Assembly (NCBI RefSeq): GCF_039654945.1
Contig: NW_027361766.1
Coordinates: 36,890,001-36,954,000, forward strand
Length of the DNA stretch: 64,000 nucleotides
Direction: 5' to 3'
Source: Dendrobates tinctorius
Taxonomy: Eukaryota
Positions 13,028 through 25,133 of this stretch are shown piece after piece. Numbering within the stretch: position 1 is the first letter of the stretch; every line of letters starts with the position of its first letter. The notes beneath the pieces are model-generated. The model was not told the origin of the DNA, did not search any database, and was given only the letters and a program-made list of their open reading frames with translations. Position numbers and translations under genes: made by a program.

Positions 13028-13706
13028 ACACATACATACAAACATACACACACACACATTGAGCTTTAAATATTAGATATTCATGTATACATTCTTTGGT
13101 AATTCTTTATTTGAATTATTATTTATTTATGGGAAATAATAAACTTTGGTATTTTTCATTGGCATTTTTTGGACTTTCGCCATCTACATAGATACAGTAT
13201 ATGCTGGTATATCACTGGTATTTATATATAGAAGTGGGAAGCAAGCTGGCAGACATAGTTGGACTCAGGATAGAGAAGGCAGAGAGGGTTTATAACCATC
13301 TCAGTTCTCTTGATCATTGTATACACAGCGCACAGCGTTGTGTATGTATCTGCGATTTCTCTTGTGGACTCAGTGATGATGTTATCACAGGGTGGTGGGA
13401 AGACGTTCACCTGGGTCCTAGCAGTCTCAAGTCAGCACTGCTGGGCAGTTATAAAGCTGAATATGCCCTTTAACTAACATGCATGCCCCAGTTACAGGAA
13501 AAATCAAAAGTAAGAAAAAAGTTGTTTAAATGTTGTAATGCTCTCTAAATATTGTTTATGGTCTTATGTGTGCAGTGTGTGAAATAAAGGAAAAATAAGT
13601 TTAAATGCAGGAATTTAGTTTTTTATTAAATTGGGAAAAGAAGGCCACAACAAGACTAACTCACTTTTTGCAACCCCACTATGTTGAATAAAAAAAGTGC
13701 ACCATA

Positions 13707-14320
13707 TCTACTATGTAATCGTCTAAATCTGTCTGTCTGTCTGTAACGGAAATCCTGCATCGCTGATTGGTCGCACCTGGCTGGCCGCGACCAGTCAGCG
13801 ACAGGCGCAGTCGAACAATGCACACCACCGCTACCGTCAGGAGATCTGCAACGCTAGCCGCTGATCTCCCGGAGGTTGGCCCAAGTCATCTCCTGCCACA
13901 CGGAGGTCATCGGTGACGCAGCTGTGAGATGACCAGTGCAGCGCTCAATGTGCGGATGGTACCCAGGGTTCGGCGGAGAGGAGACTCTCATCCAGGCCCT
14001 GGGTACCATAAACCTGTAAAAAATAGAAGTAAAATAAAAAATAGTGATATACTCACCTTCCGACGGCCCCCACACTCTTTCCTTCCTCTCACCATGCGAC
14101 CGGCATCTTCCGGTCCCAGTAATGCTTTGCGCGAAAGACCGCTAAAGACATTGCGCTTTTGCGAGAGTGACGTCATCTCCGGTCCTTTGCGCAAAGCATT
14201 ACTGGGACCGGAAGATGCCGGGAGCATATAAAGGAGATCGGGGGCCGACGGAAGGTGAGAATAACCCCCGCTGGCCATATTCTAGAATACCTGATGTGTT
14301 AGAATCGGTCCACAATCTAG
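13707..14320 (+). mobile_element. Non-autonomous Helitron with an internal ~215-bp hairpin
   Basis: A|TCTACTATGTAATCGTCTAA 5' end, subterminal hairpin then CTAG|T at 14320. Inverted repeat at 14049-14262. Confidence 0.82.
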
Positions 14321-14874
14321 TGTAACTATAATTGTTATAGAAAGGGAAACACAAACAAATGAAAATGTATTTTAGTGACTTTTTTGTCATGCAAAATATA
14401 AAACAAATGTGAAAATCTGGTGAGTATTTATAGTTTCTTTCTTGATATTTTCTCCGATATTGGTAAAAAAAGAAAAAGCAACATGCTTTAAATATTCAAA
14501 AGACAAATTATTTTAGAGCTCTTAAAACCACATGCCTGAAAAAAAAATCAGTTTGCATTTTCATTAACAGTGACAAATAACCTGGTCTTCATTTTATTTG
14601 AGATATGTGGTAATTTTTGATAAAGACTTTTATTTATTATTCTTGCGCATATTGCGCCAACATATTCCACAGCATTTTACAAACAATTTCGTAAATGTCC
14701 CCATTGGATCTCATAATGTATTTTTCCTTCTAATCCTATAGAAACCCTTTTAGTAGAGAAGCATATATTAAATTTATAATTGGAGGTCATGCTACAACTG
14801 TACATGTGTCTTAACTTTTCCACTTGACTCTATATATTCTGACTTGAAAGGCGCAAGATTACAAGCTTTGAAAA

Positions 14875-15405
14875 GCTATTGAACAAAAAAAAAGCTGGTA
14901 TTGAAAGGTAACTTCACATCTCAGAGAGAGAGACGTGTTTGGGAGTATAAATTTATGACGACCTTTGACACTCTCAGTGCTGGAATGAATGTGCGGCATG
15001 AATTTATGTCTTTTTACATCAATTAAGGAATTTGCTTTCAAAACCTGGTGGGGGCATCACAACACATTAGGAGACCCCAATCAGAGAAATATAAAACATC
15101 CGGACTCCTTATCTATGCACTGGTCCAATATTTATGTTTCTCCCTCTCCCATATTGATAGTTCTGCTTCACGTCACTTGTCTTATCCATTGCACTTTTTC
15201 TGTGTTGTATTGTGCATAAATATGTGACTCTTCAGATTTTGTATTAGTCTAGCCTGATGAAGAGACCTGAGTAGTCTTGAAACCTTGCAAAGTGTTACCA
15301 TCTTTTCAGTTAGCCATTAAAAGGTATCAACCACTGAGGACTCTCAATTCTAAATATTTTTCTATCTACTGGCTAACACGGTACAAAGATATACATCTTT
15401 CCTGT
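14875..15405 (+). mobile_element. 3' fragment of a Penelope/Poseidon-type retroelement
   Basis: 12-bp TSD AAGCTTTGAAAA (14863-74, 15406-17). Encodes the GIY-YIG tail LVLKGNFTSQRERRVWEYKFMTTFDTLSAGMN and carries a hammerhead-like motif. Confidence 0.8.
15254..15290 (+). ncRNA. Degenerate hammerhead-like motif
   Basis: CTGATGA, stem AGAC/GTCT, GAAAC. Stems I and III cannot be closed convincingly. Confidence 0.5.
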
Positions 15406-15499
15406 AAGCTTTGAAAACAACATTTTCAATATGTTATTTGCTGTTAGCCACGGACGGTTTTATGTGCTTATATGTTGCCACCCAGTGGTTCTGATGGAG

Positions 15500-16700
15500 T
15501 TTGCAGTCTGTCGAAGGTTAAGCTAGTAATGAACTTATATAGTGAAACATTGGAGACCTTAAAGGTAAAGGTGGAAAACTCTACAGTATAGTTAAGGATC
15601 CACCACGTATAGAGATGTAGAAATGGAATCTCCTGCTAGACGCAACCTTGCTATATGCATCCTTCATTAACTGATTGCAAAAGTTATGGTAATCTAATCA
15701 ATTGTATGCAATTTGATTGAAGTTGAGTTTGATGTTGTTGGGTTGAACATCGGGAAATTAAGTATTGGAAAAGCAGACAAATCCCTATAATTGTTTAAAA
15801 TGAGATATACCAGAGCCTAATGAAAAAGCACTAATGCACAAAGCAATCTGAGCTCTACACATGGCTATTTTTACTAAACATAGTAATTCGAGAAATATTG
15901 ATTTCAATTGCATTATATGTTGTGTTAGCAGTCGTCCTCTCAGGGAAGAGGAGGAAAGTCTCATTAAACAGTTAATATAAAACCCATATTTTTCACAGAT
16001 GCTCAGGAGCTAAAATCTATATCTGGATGAATTATTCCTAAAACATATACTTATATGATTTCTTGACAAATGAGATGTCAAGATGAGCTAAAATATGAAT
16101 GATGGTACTGCAACAGATATATAAATCATCTCAATGGCTCTTCAATTGAAGAAGAACAGAATGTTTTATGAAGATGAAGAAGTATCAAACTGCCTTTCAA
16201 GAAAGTGGAGAATTACAAAGATATTTTTTCACATTGCAATAAGAGGAATATGTTTACAGATACAAAGCAGTATTCGAATTTCCATCAGGGCATTTATCAC
16301 ATTAGCATAGATTTTTGCTACACTTCATGGCATGACATATGGTATGCAGTAATGCAGAAAGTGAAAATAATCATATTCCATCAAAGCCTAAAGAACATTA
16401 CACTCCAATTACAAGCAGACGCAATTTATAAATGCTGCATGCTATCATGGGTTGTATCTTTGTCATTCTGAATGTTTGATTTACATATATAGATTCTAAA
16501 TTTAAGTTAAGAGTTTTAACCTGTCTGAAAATATATTGGAAAAAATCCTAGAACCTCTGTCCCCAAAAATGGAAATCACCCAGCAAATCTGAAGAGCCAT
16601 TGGTCAGCAATTACAAATGGAGCTACTAACAGAGAATCTTGATTATTTGCATGGGCAAATGCATTCACCATGGCAGAACATTCTTCACACAGTCAGTAAT
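15500..16700 (+). mobile_element. Possible ancient LINE (L1/Tx1-like) ORF2 remnant
   Basis: Only scattered degenerate peptides (PLSG near 15935, CSGAKI near 16000). No open frame. Confidence 0.25.
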
Positions 16701-16740
16701 AATTTTAAAGCTATAGACAACATACCAAGGTGTGTAATAA

Positions 16741-18160
16741 CCGTATATACTCGAGTATAAGCCTATTCGAGTATAAGCCAAGGCACCTAATTTTAACACA
16801 CAAAAAAACTGGGAAAACTTATTGTCTTGAGTATAAGCCTGGTATGCATTGTCCCCTCATCCTGATAATGGTAAGCATGGCTCCTCATAACTATCCTGGT
16901 ATGCATGGCTCTTCATCCCTATCCTTGTATGCACGGATCCTCATCCGTATCTTGGCATGCATGGCTCCTCATCTCTATCCTGGTATGCATTGCCCCCTCA
17001 TCCCTATCCTTGTATGCATGGCTCCTCATCTATATCCTTGTATACATGTCTCCTCATCTATATCCTTGTTTGATTGGCCCCCATCCTTATCCTGGTATGC
17101 ATGGCTACATCCCTATCCTTATATGCATGACCTCATCCCTATCCTTCTGTGCATGGCCCCATCCCTATCCTTGTATGCATGGTTCCATCCCTATCCTTGA
17201 ATGCATGGTCCCATCCCTATCCTTGGATGCATGGCTCGATCTCTATCCTTGAATGCATGGCTCCATTCCTATCCTGGTATGCATGGCTCCAACCCTGTCC
17301 TTGTATGCAAGGCCCCATCCCTATCCTTGTATGCATGGCTCCTCATCTATATCCTTGTATGCATGTCTCCTCATCCCTAACCTTGTTTGATTGGCCCCCA
17401 TCCCTATCCTTGTATGCATGGCTACATCCCTATCCTTATATGCATGACCTCATCCCTATCCTTCTGTGCATGGCCCCATCCCTATCCTTGTATGCATGGT
17501 TCCATCCCTATCCTTGAATGCATGGCCCCATTCCTATCCTTGCATGCATGGCTCAATCTCTATCCTTGAATGCATGGCTCCATTCCTATCCTGGTATGCA
17601 TGGCTCCAACCCTGTCCTTGTATGCAAGGCCCCATCCCTATCCTTGTATGCATGGCTCCTCATCTATATCCTTGTATGCATGTCTCCTCATCCCTATCCT
17701 TGTTTGATTGGCCCCCATCCCTATCCTTGTATGCATGGCTACATCCCTATCCTTATATGCATGACCTCATCCCTATCCTTCTGTGCATGGCCCCATCCCT
17801 ATCCTTGGATTCATGGCTTGATCTCTATCCTTGAATGCATGGCTCCATTCCTATCCTGGTATGCATGGCTCCAACCCTGTCCTTGTATGCAAGGCCCCAT
17901 CCCTATCCTTGTATGCATGGCCCCATCCCTATCCGTGTATGCAATGCCCCATCATTATCCTGGTATGATTGGCCCCAGCAAAAAACATAAAAAAAAATTA
18001 TACTTACCTTTCTGCGCTCCATCGCAACATCTTCTTCTGGTGCCAGCAGCTGCTTTATGCTTGTAAGCAGCACATGGCAGGGACGTCATGCGCTGCTCAC
18101 AAGTAGAGCACAGCTGCTGCAATACTCACTGCTCCCCATGCCGGAACTTGCACACACGCG
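16741..18160. mobile_element. Tc2/pogo-type non-autonomous element, one end only, carrying a minisatellite
   Basis: Starts CCGTATATACTCGAGTATAAGCC with repeated CGAGTATAAGCC subterminal motifs. Second TIR not found. Confidence 0.65.
16838..17975. repeat. 26-28-bp minisatellite with a 317-bp higher-order period
   Basis: Core CATCCCTATCCTTGTATGCATGGCCC. Diagnostic variant CTGTGCATGG recurs at 17147, 17464 and 17781. Confidence 0.93.
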
Positions 18161-18300
18161 AAAAGCCATGAATGCCATGAAAATAGAACATAGGTAGAGA
18201 TAAGTATGAAGATGTGCATTGATAAAAAGGGGGGCAAATAAAGACCGTTAAGGGGTTTCTTTTGCAAAGGAAGGGGGGACAATAGGGGACAATATCTCAA

Positions 18301-18342
<42 letters not shown>

Positions 18343-18456
18343 TATATATATATATATATATATACATATAGGAAGGAAGGGTGGACAATAGGGGACAATA
18401 TCTCAACTATATATATATATATATATATACATGCAGTATATACACATATATATATA

Positions 18457-18796
18457 GAAATATGAGAAAATTAGGATCCAGCAAAAGGATGAAAGTTCAC
18501 CAGGACCTAGGACCGTGAGGAAGGCACATAGTGCCGAAACATGTAGTCCCTTGCTGGAATGCTACTAATTGATTGGAGTTTCTCATATTTTTCATGATAT
18601 AATGGATTAATAAAGAAGAAGTTTTTACAAATCTGGTGAACTTTCATCCTTTTGCTGGATCCCAATTTTCTCATATTTTTATTTGTTGGTGCATACTCCC
18701 TGCCTGGATCCGTGCAAAGTATAGGGTGAACACCGATTACTGCATCAAGAAGAACTCCTTTATGGTGAGCTGGCTATATGTTTTTCACATTGTTTG

Positions 18797-18800
<4 letters not shown>
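18457..18800 (+). mobile_element. Short Penelope-like pseudo-LTR fragment with inverted 5' end, inserted in (TA)n
   Basis: About 46-bp inverted repeat (18458-18503 vs 18633-18678) enclosing a hammerhead-like motif; TA microsatellite on both sides. Confidence 0.62.
18510..18549 (+). ncRNA. Variant minimal hammerhead motif
   Basis: GGAC C-G-TGAGGA A GGCAC-ATA-GTGCC GAAAC AT GTA GTCC: stems I and II close, palindromic ACAUGU, one extra nucleotide after C3. Confidence 0.62.
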
Positions 18801-18838
<38 letters not shown>

Positions 18839-19005
18839 CAAACAATATATATATATATAAAAATAGTAGAAAAATTGGAACAGCACCAACAATACCTCCA
18901 GTGATGTGCAAAGCTTTCCCATCCATCAATCCAGTGGCTCCTCACAATAAAATCACTTTTTTGTTTTTTTGTGCTGCTCTTCTATTTTTTCATTATACAT
19001 ATATA

Positions 19006-20631
19006 TTTATATAATATAACGCTGTAAGCGTCGCTCTGTCTGAAGCCTTTATAGGCTGTGCAAACGCGACACGCCTGCGCAATCTGGCTCCAAACACAAC
19101 GAGGCATCCAGCGTTACAGGTAATAGGTATGGCGCCGGAGATTGCGGTACGCGTAGACACTGCATACCGCGATCTCTGGCGCCATATTTACGTACTTACC
19201 TCACCGGGAGGAGTGTTGCCATGGCGCTTCTCTTCTTCCGGAGATCGGGGCAAGAGTGCATGTGAGAATCGTGCATGCGCATAGCGCTATCTGGCGTCAT
19301 TTTACTGAAGACACATTTGCAGTGCGCCTTCAGCAATATGGCGCCGGACAGCGCGGTATGGGCATGCGTGTACTCCAGTGCCACACTCCTCCCACGGCAT
19401 CTGACAGAATGGGACAGTGTTGGAATACAGGAAAGAAGGGTGAGTATAAATGTTTTTTCTTTTTTGCATGTGTGCAGTTTAATAGGGGTGAGGGGGACAT
19501 TGCATACCAGGATAGGGGGGTGAGGGGGACCATGCATAGGAGGAAAGGGGGATGAGGGGGACCATGTATACCAGGAAAGGGGGCTGAGAGGACCATGCAT
19601 ACCAGGATTAGGGGGTGAGGGGACAATGCATACCAGGATAGGGGGTGAGGGGACCATGCATACCAGGATAGGGGGGTGAGAGGTAGCATGCATACCAGGA
19701 AAGGGGGTGAGGGGACCATGCATACCAGTAAAGGGGGGTGAGAGGACCATGCATACCAGGAAAGGGGGGTGAGGGGGACCATGTATACTAGGATTGGGGG
19801 GTTCAGGGGACCATGCATACCAGGATAGGGGGGTGAGAGGACCATGCATACCAGGAAAGGGGGTTAGTGGACCATGCTTACCAGGAAAAGCAGGTTCAGG
19901 GACCATGCATAACAGGATAGGGGGGTGAGGGGACCATACATACCAGGATTGGTGGGTGAGGGGACCATGCATACCATGATTGGGGGTGAGAGGACCATGT
20001 ACACCAGGATAGGGGGGTGAGAGGACCATACATATTAGGATAGGGGGGTGAGAGGACCATGCATACCAGGATTGGGGGGTGAGGGGTAGCATGCATACCA
20101 GGATAGGGGGGGTGAGAGGACCATGCATACCAGGGAAGGGGGTGAGAGGACCATGTATACCAGGGTTAGGGATGAGGGGACCATGCATACCAGGATTGGG
20201 GGGTGAGGGGTACCATACATCCTACGATAGGGATGAGGTGGGACCAAGCATACCAGGAATGGGGGGTGAGGGGACCATGCAACCATGCATACCAGGATTG
20301 GGGGGTGAGGGGACCATGCATTCCAGGATTGGGGGGTGAGAGGACCATGCATACCAGGATTGGGGGGTGAGGGGACCATGCATACCAGGATTGGGGGGTG
20401 AGGGGACCATCCATACCATGATAGGGATAAGTGGGTACCATACATACCAGGATTGGGGGGTGAGGGAACCATGAATACCAGGATATGGATGAGGGGGTAC
20501 CATGCATACCAGGATAGGGATGAGGGGTGCCATGGATACCAGGATAGGAGGGGGGCAGCGCATACCAGGATGGGAGACCATATACCAATAAAATTGCTCA
20601 CCACCCGGGTGTAGAACGGGTTCATAGCTAG
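19006..20631 (+). mobile_element. Non-autonomous Helitron with G-rich minisatellite
   Basis: 5' TTTATATAATATAACGC (TC start degenerate), 3' hairpin ACCCG...CGGGT then CTAG|T at 20628-31. Confidence 0.8.
19480..20575. repeat. ~31-33-bp G-rich minisatellite
   Basis: Unit GGGGACCATGCATACCAGGATAGGGGGTGA, about 35 copies. Confidence 0.95.
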
Positions 20632-20646
20632 TATATACTGTATATA

Positions 20647-20915
20647 CAGTTAGGTCCATATATATTTGGACAGAGACAACATTTTTCTAATTTTGGTTCT
20701 AGACATTACCACAATGAATTTTAAACAAAACAATTCAGATGCAGTTGAAGTTCAGACTTTCAGCTTTCATTTGAGGGTATCCACATTAAAATTGGATGAA
20801 GGGTTTAGGAGTTTCAGCTCCTTAACATGTGCCACCCTGTTTTTAAAAGGGACCAAAAGTAGTTGGACAGATTAAATAATTGTAAGTAAAATGTTCATTT
20901 CTAGTACTTGGTTGA
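20647..20915. mobile_element. Tc1-like terminal fragment
   Basis: TA|CAGTTAGGTCCATATATATTTGGACA terminus; truncated. Confidence 0.7.
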
Positions 20916-20938
20916 AAGGACAAGAAAACCACAAGAAG

Positions 20939-20979
<41 letters not shown>

Positions 20980-21247
20980 CCTCATTATTACCTCATATAT
21001 TACCTCATTGCTCACCTCTGCTGTATAAATCACCATAGATATGTATATACCTATATCTCCTAAGTTTAGTATGAACTGGTGTTTTGTGAGACTAAAAATG
21101 AAGAAAATGTCCAGCTCTAGGATGTAGTGAAAATATAAGATTCTTTTATTCACTCCAATCCATGTAGTACAAACGGGGTTAAAATGCCAGTATAATACAG
21201 AAAGTTGCTTGCATTCTCAACGCGTTTCTAGTGACTGCGCACCCTAA

Positions 21248-21644
21248 AGGGCCTGTCACACTAAGTGATATCGCTAGCAATATCGCTATAATGTCACTGG
21301 TTTTTGTGACGTTATAGCGATATCTCTAGCGAAATCGCTATGTCTGATACTTGCCTCCGACCGCTCCCCCGCTGGTTATCGCTGATCGCGCGAGAGCATC
21401 CTGGACTGTTTCTCGTCATCAGCTTCCTGCTGGGGCTTCCTGCTGTGACGACGAGCAACGCTTGGAGGCAGGCGGGAGGACATCTGGATCGCCGCGTCTG
21501 ACAGGTAAGTAACGACCCCCAACCTCTGCTATGTCGCTGGTGAGATCTGCCTGTGTGGCAGCTCACTAGCGACCACTTAGCGATGCACCAGCAATCCATA
21601 TCGTTGTCGGGATCGCTGGTGCATTGCTAAGTGTAACGGTACAC
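21248..21644. mobile_element. Harbinger-type MITE inserted in the inverted pseudo-LTR
   Basis: Interrupts CACCCTTAGTCATG (intact at 22254). Inverted relative of 31308-31702. Confidence 0.8.
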
Positions 21645-21915
21645 ATAGTCATGATGTCAAGCAATGTTATAGACAGACCTTTATGCTGAATTCGGTCAAC
21701 ACACTGGTAAGATAATTAATCAATTAACAAAGTGAAAACACATGCAGTCTCACAAAACAAATCAGAAATTCCAACTCACCAGAAACCGCATCTTGACCAT
21801 TGGAGCAAGGAGCCTCCATGTCAGGGCGCTTGTAACACCAAAAATGAAGAAAATGTCCAGTTCTACGATGTGGTGAAAATATAAGATTCTTTTATTCACT
21901 CCAATCCATGTAGTA

Positions 21916-22178
21916 TGGAAAGACTAGAAGCAATGCGATGAAAATGAATGGGAGGAGACACAGATTAAATATTAGAAAAAACTTTTTGACAGTTAGAGTG
22001 ATCAATGAGTGGAACAAGCTGCCACGAGAAGTGGTGAGTTCTCCTTCAATGGATGTCTTCAAACAGAGGCTGGACAGACATCTGACTGGGATGATTTAGC
22101 GAATCCTGCTTTGAGCAGGGGGTTGGACCAGATGGCCCAGGAGGTCCCTTCCAACTCTACGATTCTATGATTCTATGA
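21916..22178 (+). mobile_element. CR1 LINE 3' fragment
   Basis: WNKLPREVV..FKQRLDRHL ORF2 tail, GGTCCCTTCCAAC and (ATTCTATG)n end, TSD TAGTA (21911-15, 22179-83). Confidence 0.93.
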
Positions 22179-22799
22179 TAGTACAAGCGAGGTTAAAATG
22201 CCAGCATAATACAGAAAGTTGCTTGCGATCTCAACGCGTTTCTGGTGACTGCGCACCCTTAGTCATGATGTCAAGCAATGTTACAGACTGAACTTTATGC
22301 TGAATTCGGTCAACACACCGGTAAGATAATTAATCATAATACAGCATAATACAGAAAGTTGCTTGCGCTCGCAACGCGTTTCTGGTGACTGTGCATCCTC
22401 AGTCATGATGTCAAGCAATGTTACAGACTGAACTTTACGCTGAATTCGGTCAACACACCGGTAAGATAATTAATCAATTAACAAAGTGAAAACACATCAA
22501 ATACAAGCACATTTAAAACAGACACATTAAAAATCCCCAAAGGGGAATAACAAGTTCACAAATGACTCAAAAGTGCAATCAGAATAATTAACAGTGTGCA
22601 TACAAAATATAGCATACTTTATACAAGGAAATTCACTTATATTTAATCATATATATACACACAATTTTCTTAATTTCTTTCTCTTGTAATTGTTCTTGTA
22701 TTTTCTTCTATTCATATTCACTGTATATTGTGCCAAACTCTTCATATGGGAAAGAGCAAATAAGAGGAATAATGATAAAATATTTTTCTGGATATTTGT

Positions 22800-25133
22800 A
22801 CTTATTATCATTTGGACTAGCCTTCGTTCCTAGTTGTGAGTTTAATCTTTTTCTAGAATATGTGATATCAATAGATTCATTAGAAATTTAACATTGAGAC
22901 TGCATTTTGAGGATAATACAAGTGGGTGTGATAAAATCCAGAATGTATCTGATAATGTGTATAACAAATGCTCATTTTTAGAACAAGTATCGTTAATGTG
23001 TCTGCAAAATTTACAGCGTGAAAGTCTAAAAACTACAGAGAGTTTTGTTTCTCCTATGAGAAACCTGTATATTCCAAATCCCAGTTATTATCCAGTGAAG
23101 GCCAGGAAACCGGTGATGGATAAGTGTCAAAATGTTGTTGAAAATGAACTTAGAAATCTATCTGAAAAAATGTCAAAAAAGAGTTCAGCCAACAACAATT
23201 TGAAACCACCACTAAAAAAAGCCTTACAAGAAATAAAAAATAATGATAATCTTGTAATTAAAAATTCAGATAAAGGCGGATCGATTGTTTTAATGAACAA
23301 GGTTGATTATATGAATGGGTAGAAAAAATGCTTAATGATCCAATGATTTACAAACGGGTATCTATGGATCCCTCTTTGGAAATCAAGAACCGCATTTTCA
23401 AAACTATTGATGAAGGATACAGTGCCGTTATTTTGAGTTTAAAAGAAAAAGAGTATTTAAAAGTTCTTAATCCTGTAACACCAACACTGTATGCCCTTCC
23501 AAAAACCCACAAAAAAGTTTATCCCCCACCCATGAGACCGATTGTATCGGGTATTGAATCGGTGGGTGAAAAATTAGGTGAATGGTTAGATCTTCTTTTA
23601 CAACCTTTAGTTCAAAGGGTCCCTGGTTTTATTAGGGATAGTACTGATGTATTGAGTATGATTGACGGCCTAATCTGAGAAAATAATTTTTCTTGGATAA
23701 CAGCGGATGTTGTTTCACTTTACACTGGAATCCCCCACAAAATAGCAATAAATGCGCTAGAATTCCACTTGTGCAAATACAGCAATTTTCCTCCTGAATT
23801 CCAAAGATATATAATGGAGGTTGTTCATTTATTAATTTCGAACAATTACTTTCTTTTCAATAAAGAGTACTATATACAGACAAATGGTGTTTCTATGGGG
23901 GCAAAATACTCCCCCTCATTAGAGAATTTGGTCATGAGCTGGTGGGAGGAGTTATTCATCTATAGCAGTGACAATCCATTTATTGATTGTATCCAGTTTT
24001 ATGGAAGATTTATTGATGATATCATCATAATTTGGAAATCAGAGATATCTATTATACAGGATTTCAATTTGTATCTCAATAATAATACGTCAAATCTCAA
24101 ATTTACAGTAAGACATGAAATTTCCAATATTGAGTTTTTGGATTTAAAATTTGAGGGAATAGTCAATGAACCTGTGGCCACATGCACATTTAGAAAGGAC
24201 ACAGCTGGTAATACAATATTGCATGCCAAAAGTCACCATCCGAGACACACTATCAAGAGTGTTCCGCTTGGTGAAATGACGCATGCAAAACGCAATTGCA
24301 GCAGGTATGATGACTATGAGAAAGAAGTGTCCAATATTAAAAAACATCTGAGTAACAGAGGCTATAATAATTGGAGTTTGGACATGGCTGAAAAAATCGT
24401 AGCAAAAAAACCCCGATTTAACGACAAAATACTACTGATAAACTTGTTAATCCCGTAACCTTAGCGTTACAATATAGTAACCAATTTTCATCTATTAAAA
24501 GAATAATCAAGGATAATCTATCTATCTTAAAAGAAGATCCTAAGGTTGAGGAAATGATCAGAAATGGATTTAGAATTGTTTCAAGAAAAGCGCCTTCTAG
24601 TAAACAAAGCTTGTCACCGAGTTTTTTACATGAGCCTCAGAAAAATACCACTAATTGGTTAAATGTAAATGGTTTTTACAAATGTGGTGCGTATTCATGT
24701 AAAATGTGAAAGTATGCTAACAAATGTAGAAAATTTGGAGATTGGAACAATGGTCAATTTTATGAGATCAAAGATTTCATAAACTGCAGTTCCAAAAATA
24801 TTGTCTATGTCATAAAATGTACGACCTGTCCGCTGAAATAGATGGGGAGTACGAAACGCACATTAAAAACTAGAATCAGGCAGCACATTCATGACGTGGA
24901 GAATTTCAATGCCTAGTAGAAATGTATCCCAAGTTTCTAAACATTTTATTGAAGCCCACAAAAATAAATTAGATTCATTGTTAGTGTATGGCATAGAAAA
25001 AATACATAGACCAATTAGAGGCGGTGATACAGAAACCATATTAAGAAGCAGAGAAGCGTGGCGGATTTTCAAGCTGAACAGGAGAGTACCCCGAGGTTTA
25101 AACAAAAGAAAGGACATCATGCTTTTTTATTAA
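22800..25133 (+). pseudogene. Reverse transcriptase plus GIY-YIG ORF of the Penelope-like element (stops and frameshifts)
   Basis: SDKGG, LYALPKTHK, RPIVSG, DVVSLYT, QTNGVSMG, RFIDD, SHHP motifs; CSSKNIVYVIKC..GSTKR..RIRQH; REAWRIFKL..PRGLN. Confidence 0.93.

Larger units (their letters stand above)
10108..13077 (-). mobile_element. Non-autonomous Helitron retaining a helicase C-terminal fragment
   Basis: 5' TC at 13077 (TCTAATATTTAAAGC), 3' CTAG at 10108-11 preceded by hairpin 10119-36, inserted between A and T with no TSD. Confidence 0.88.

Noticed and set aside
16730-20659. Many Pro/His/Cys-rich ORFs up to 330 aa
   Set aside because: Translations of minisatellites, open in several frames and on both strands.
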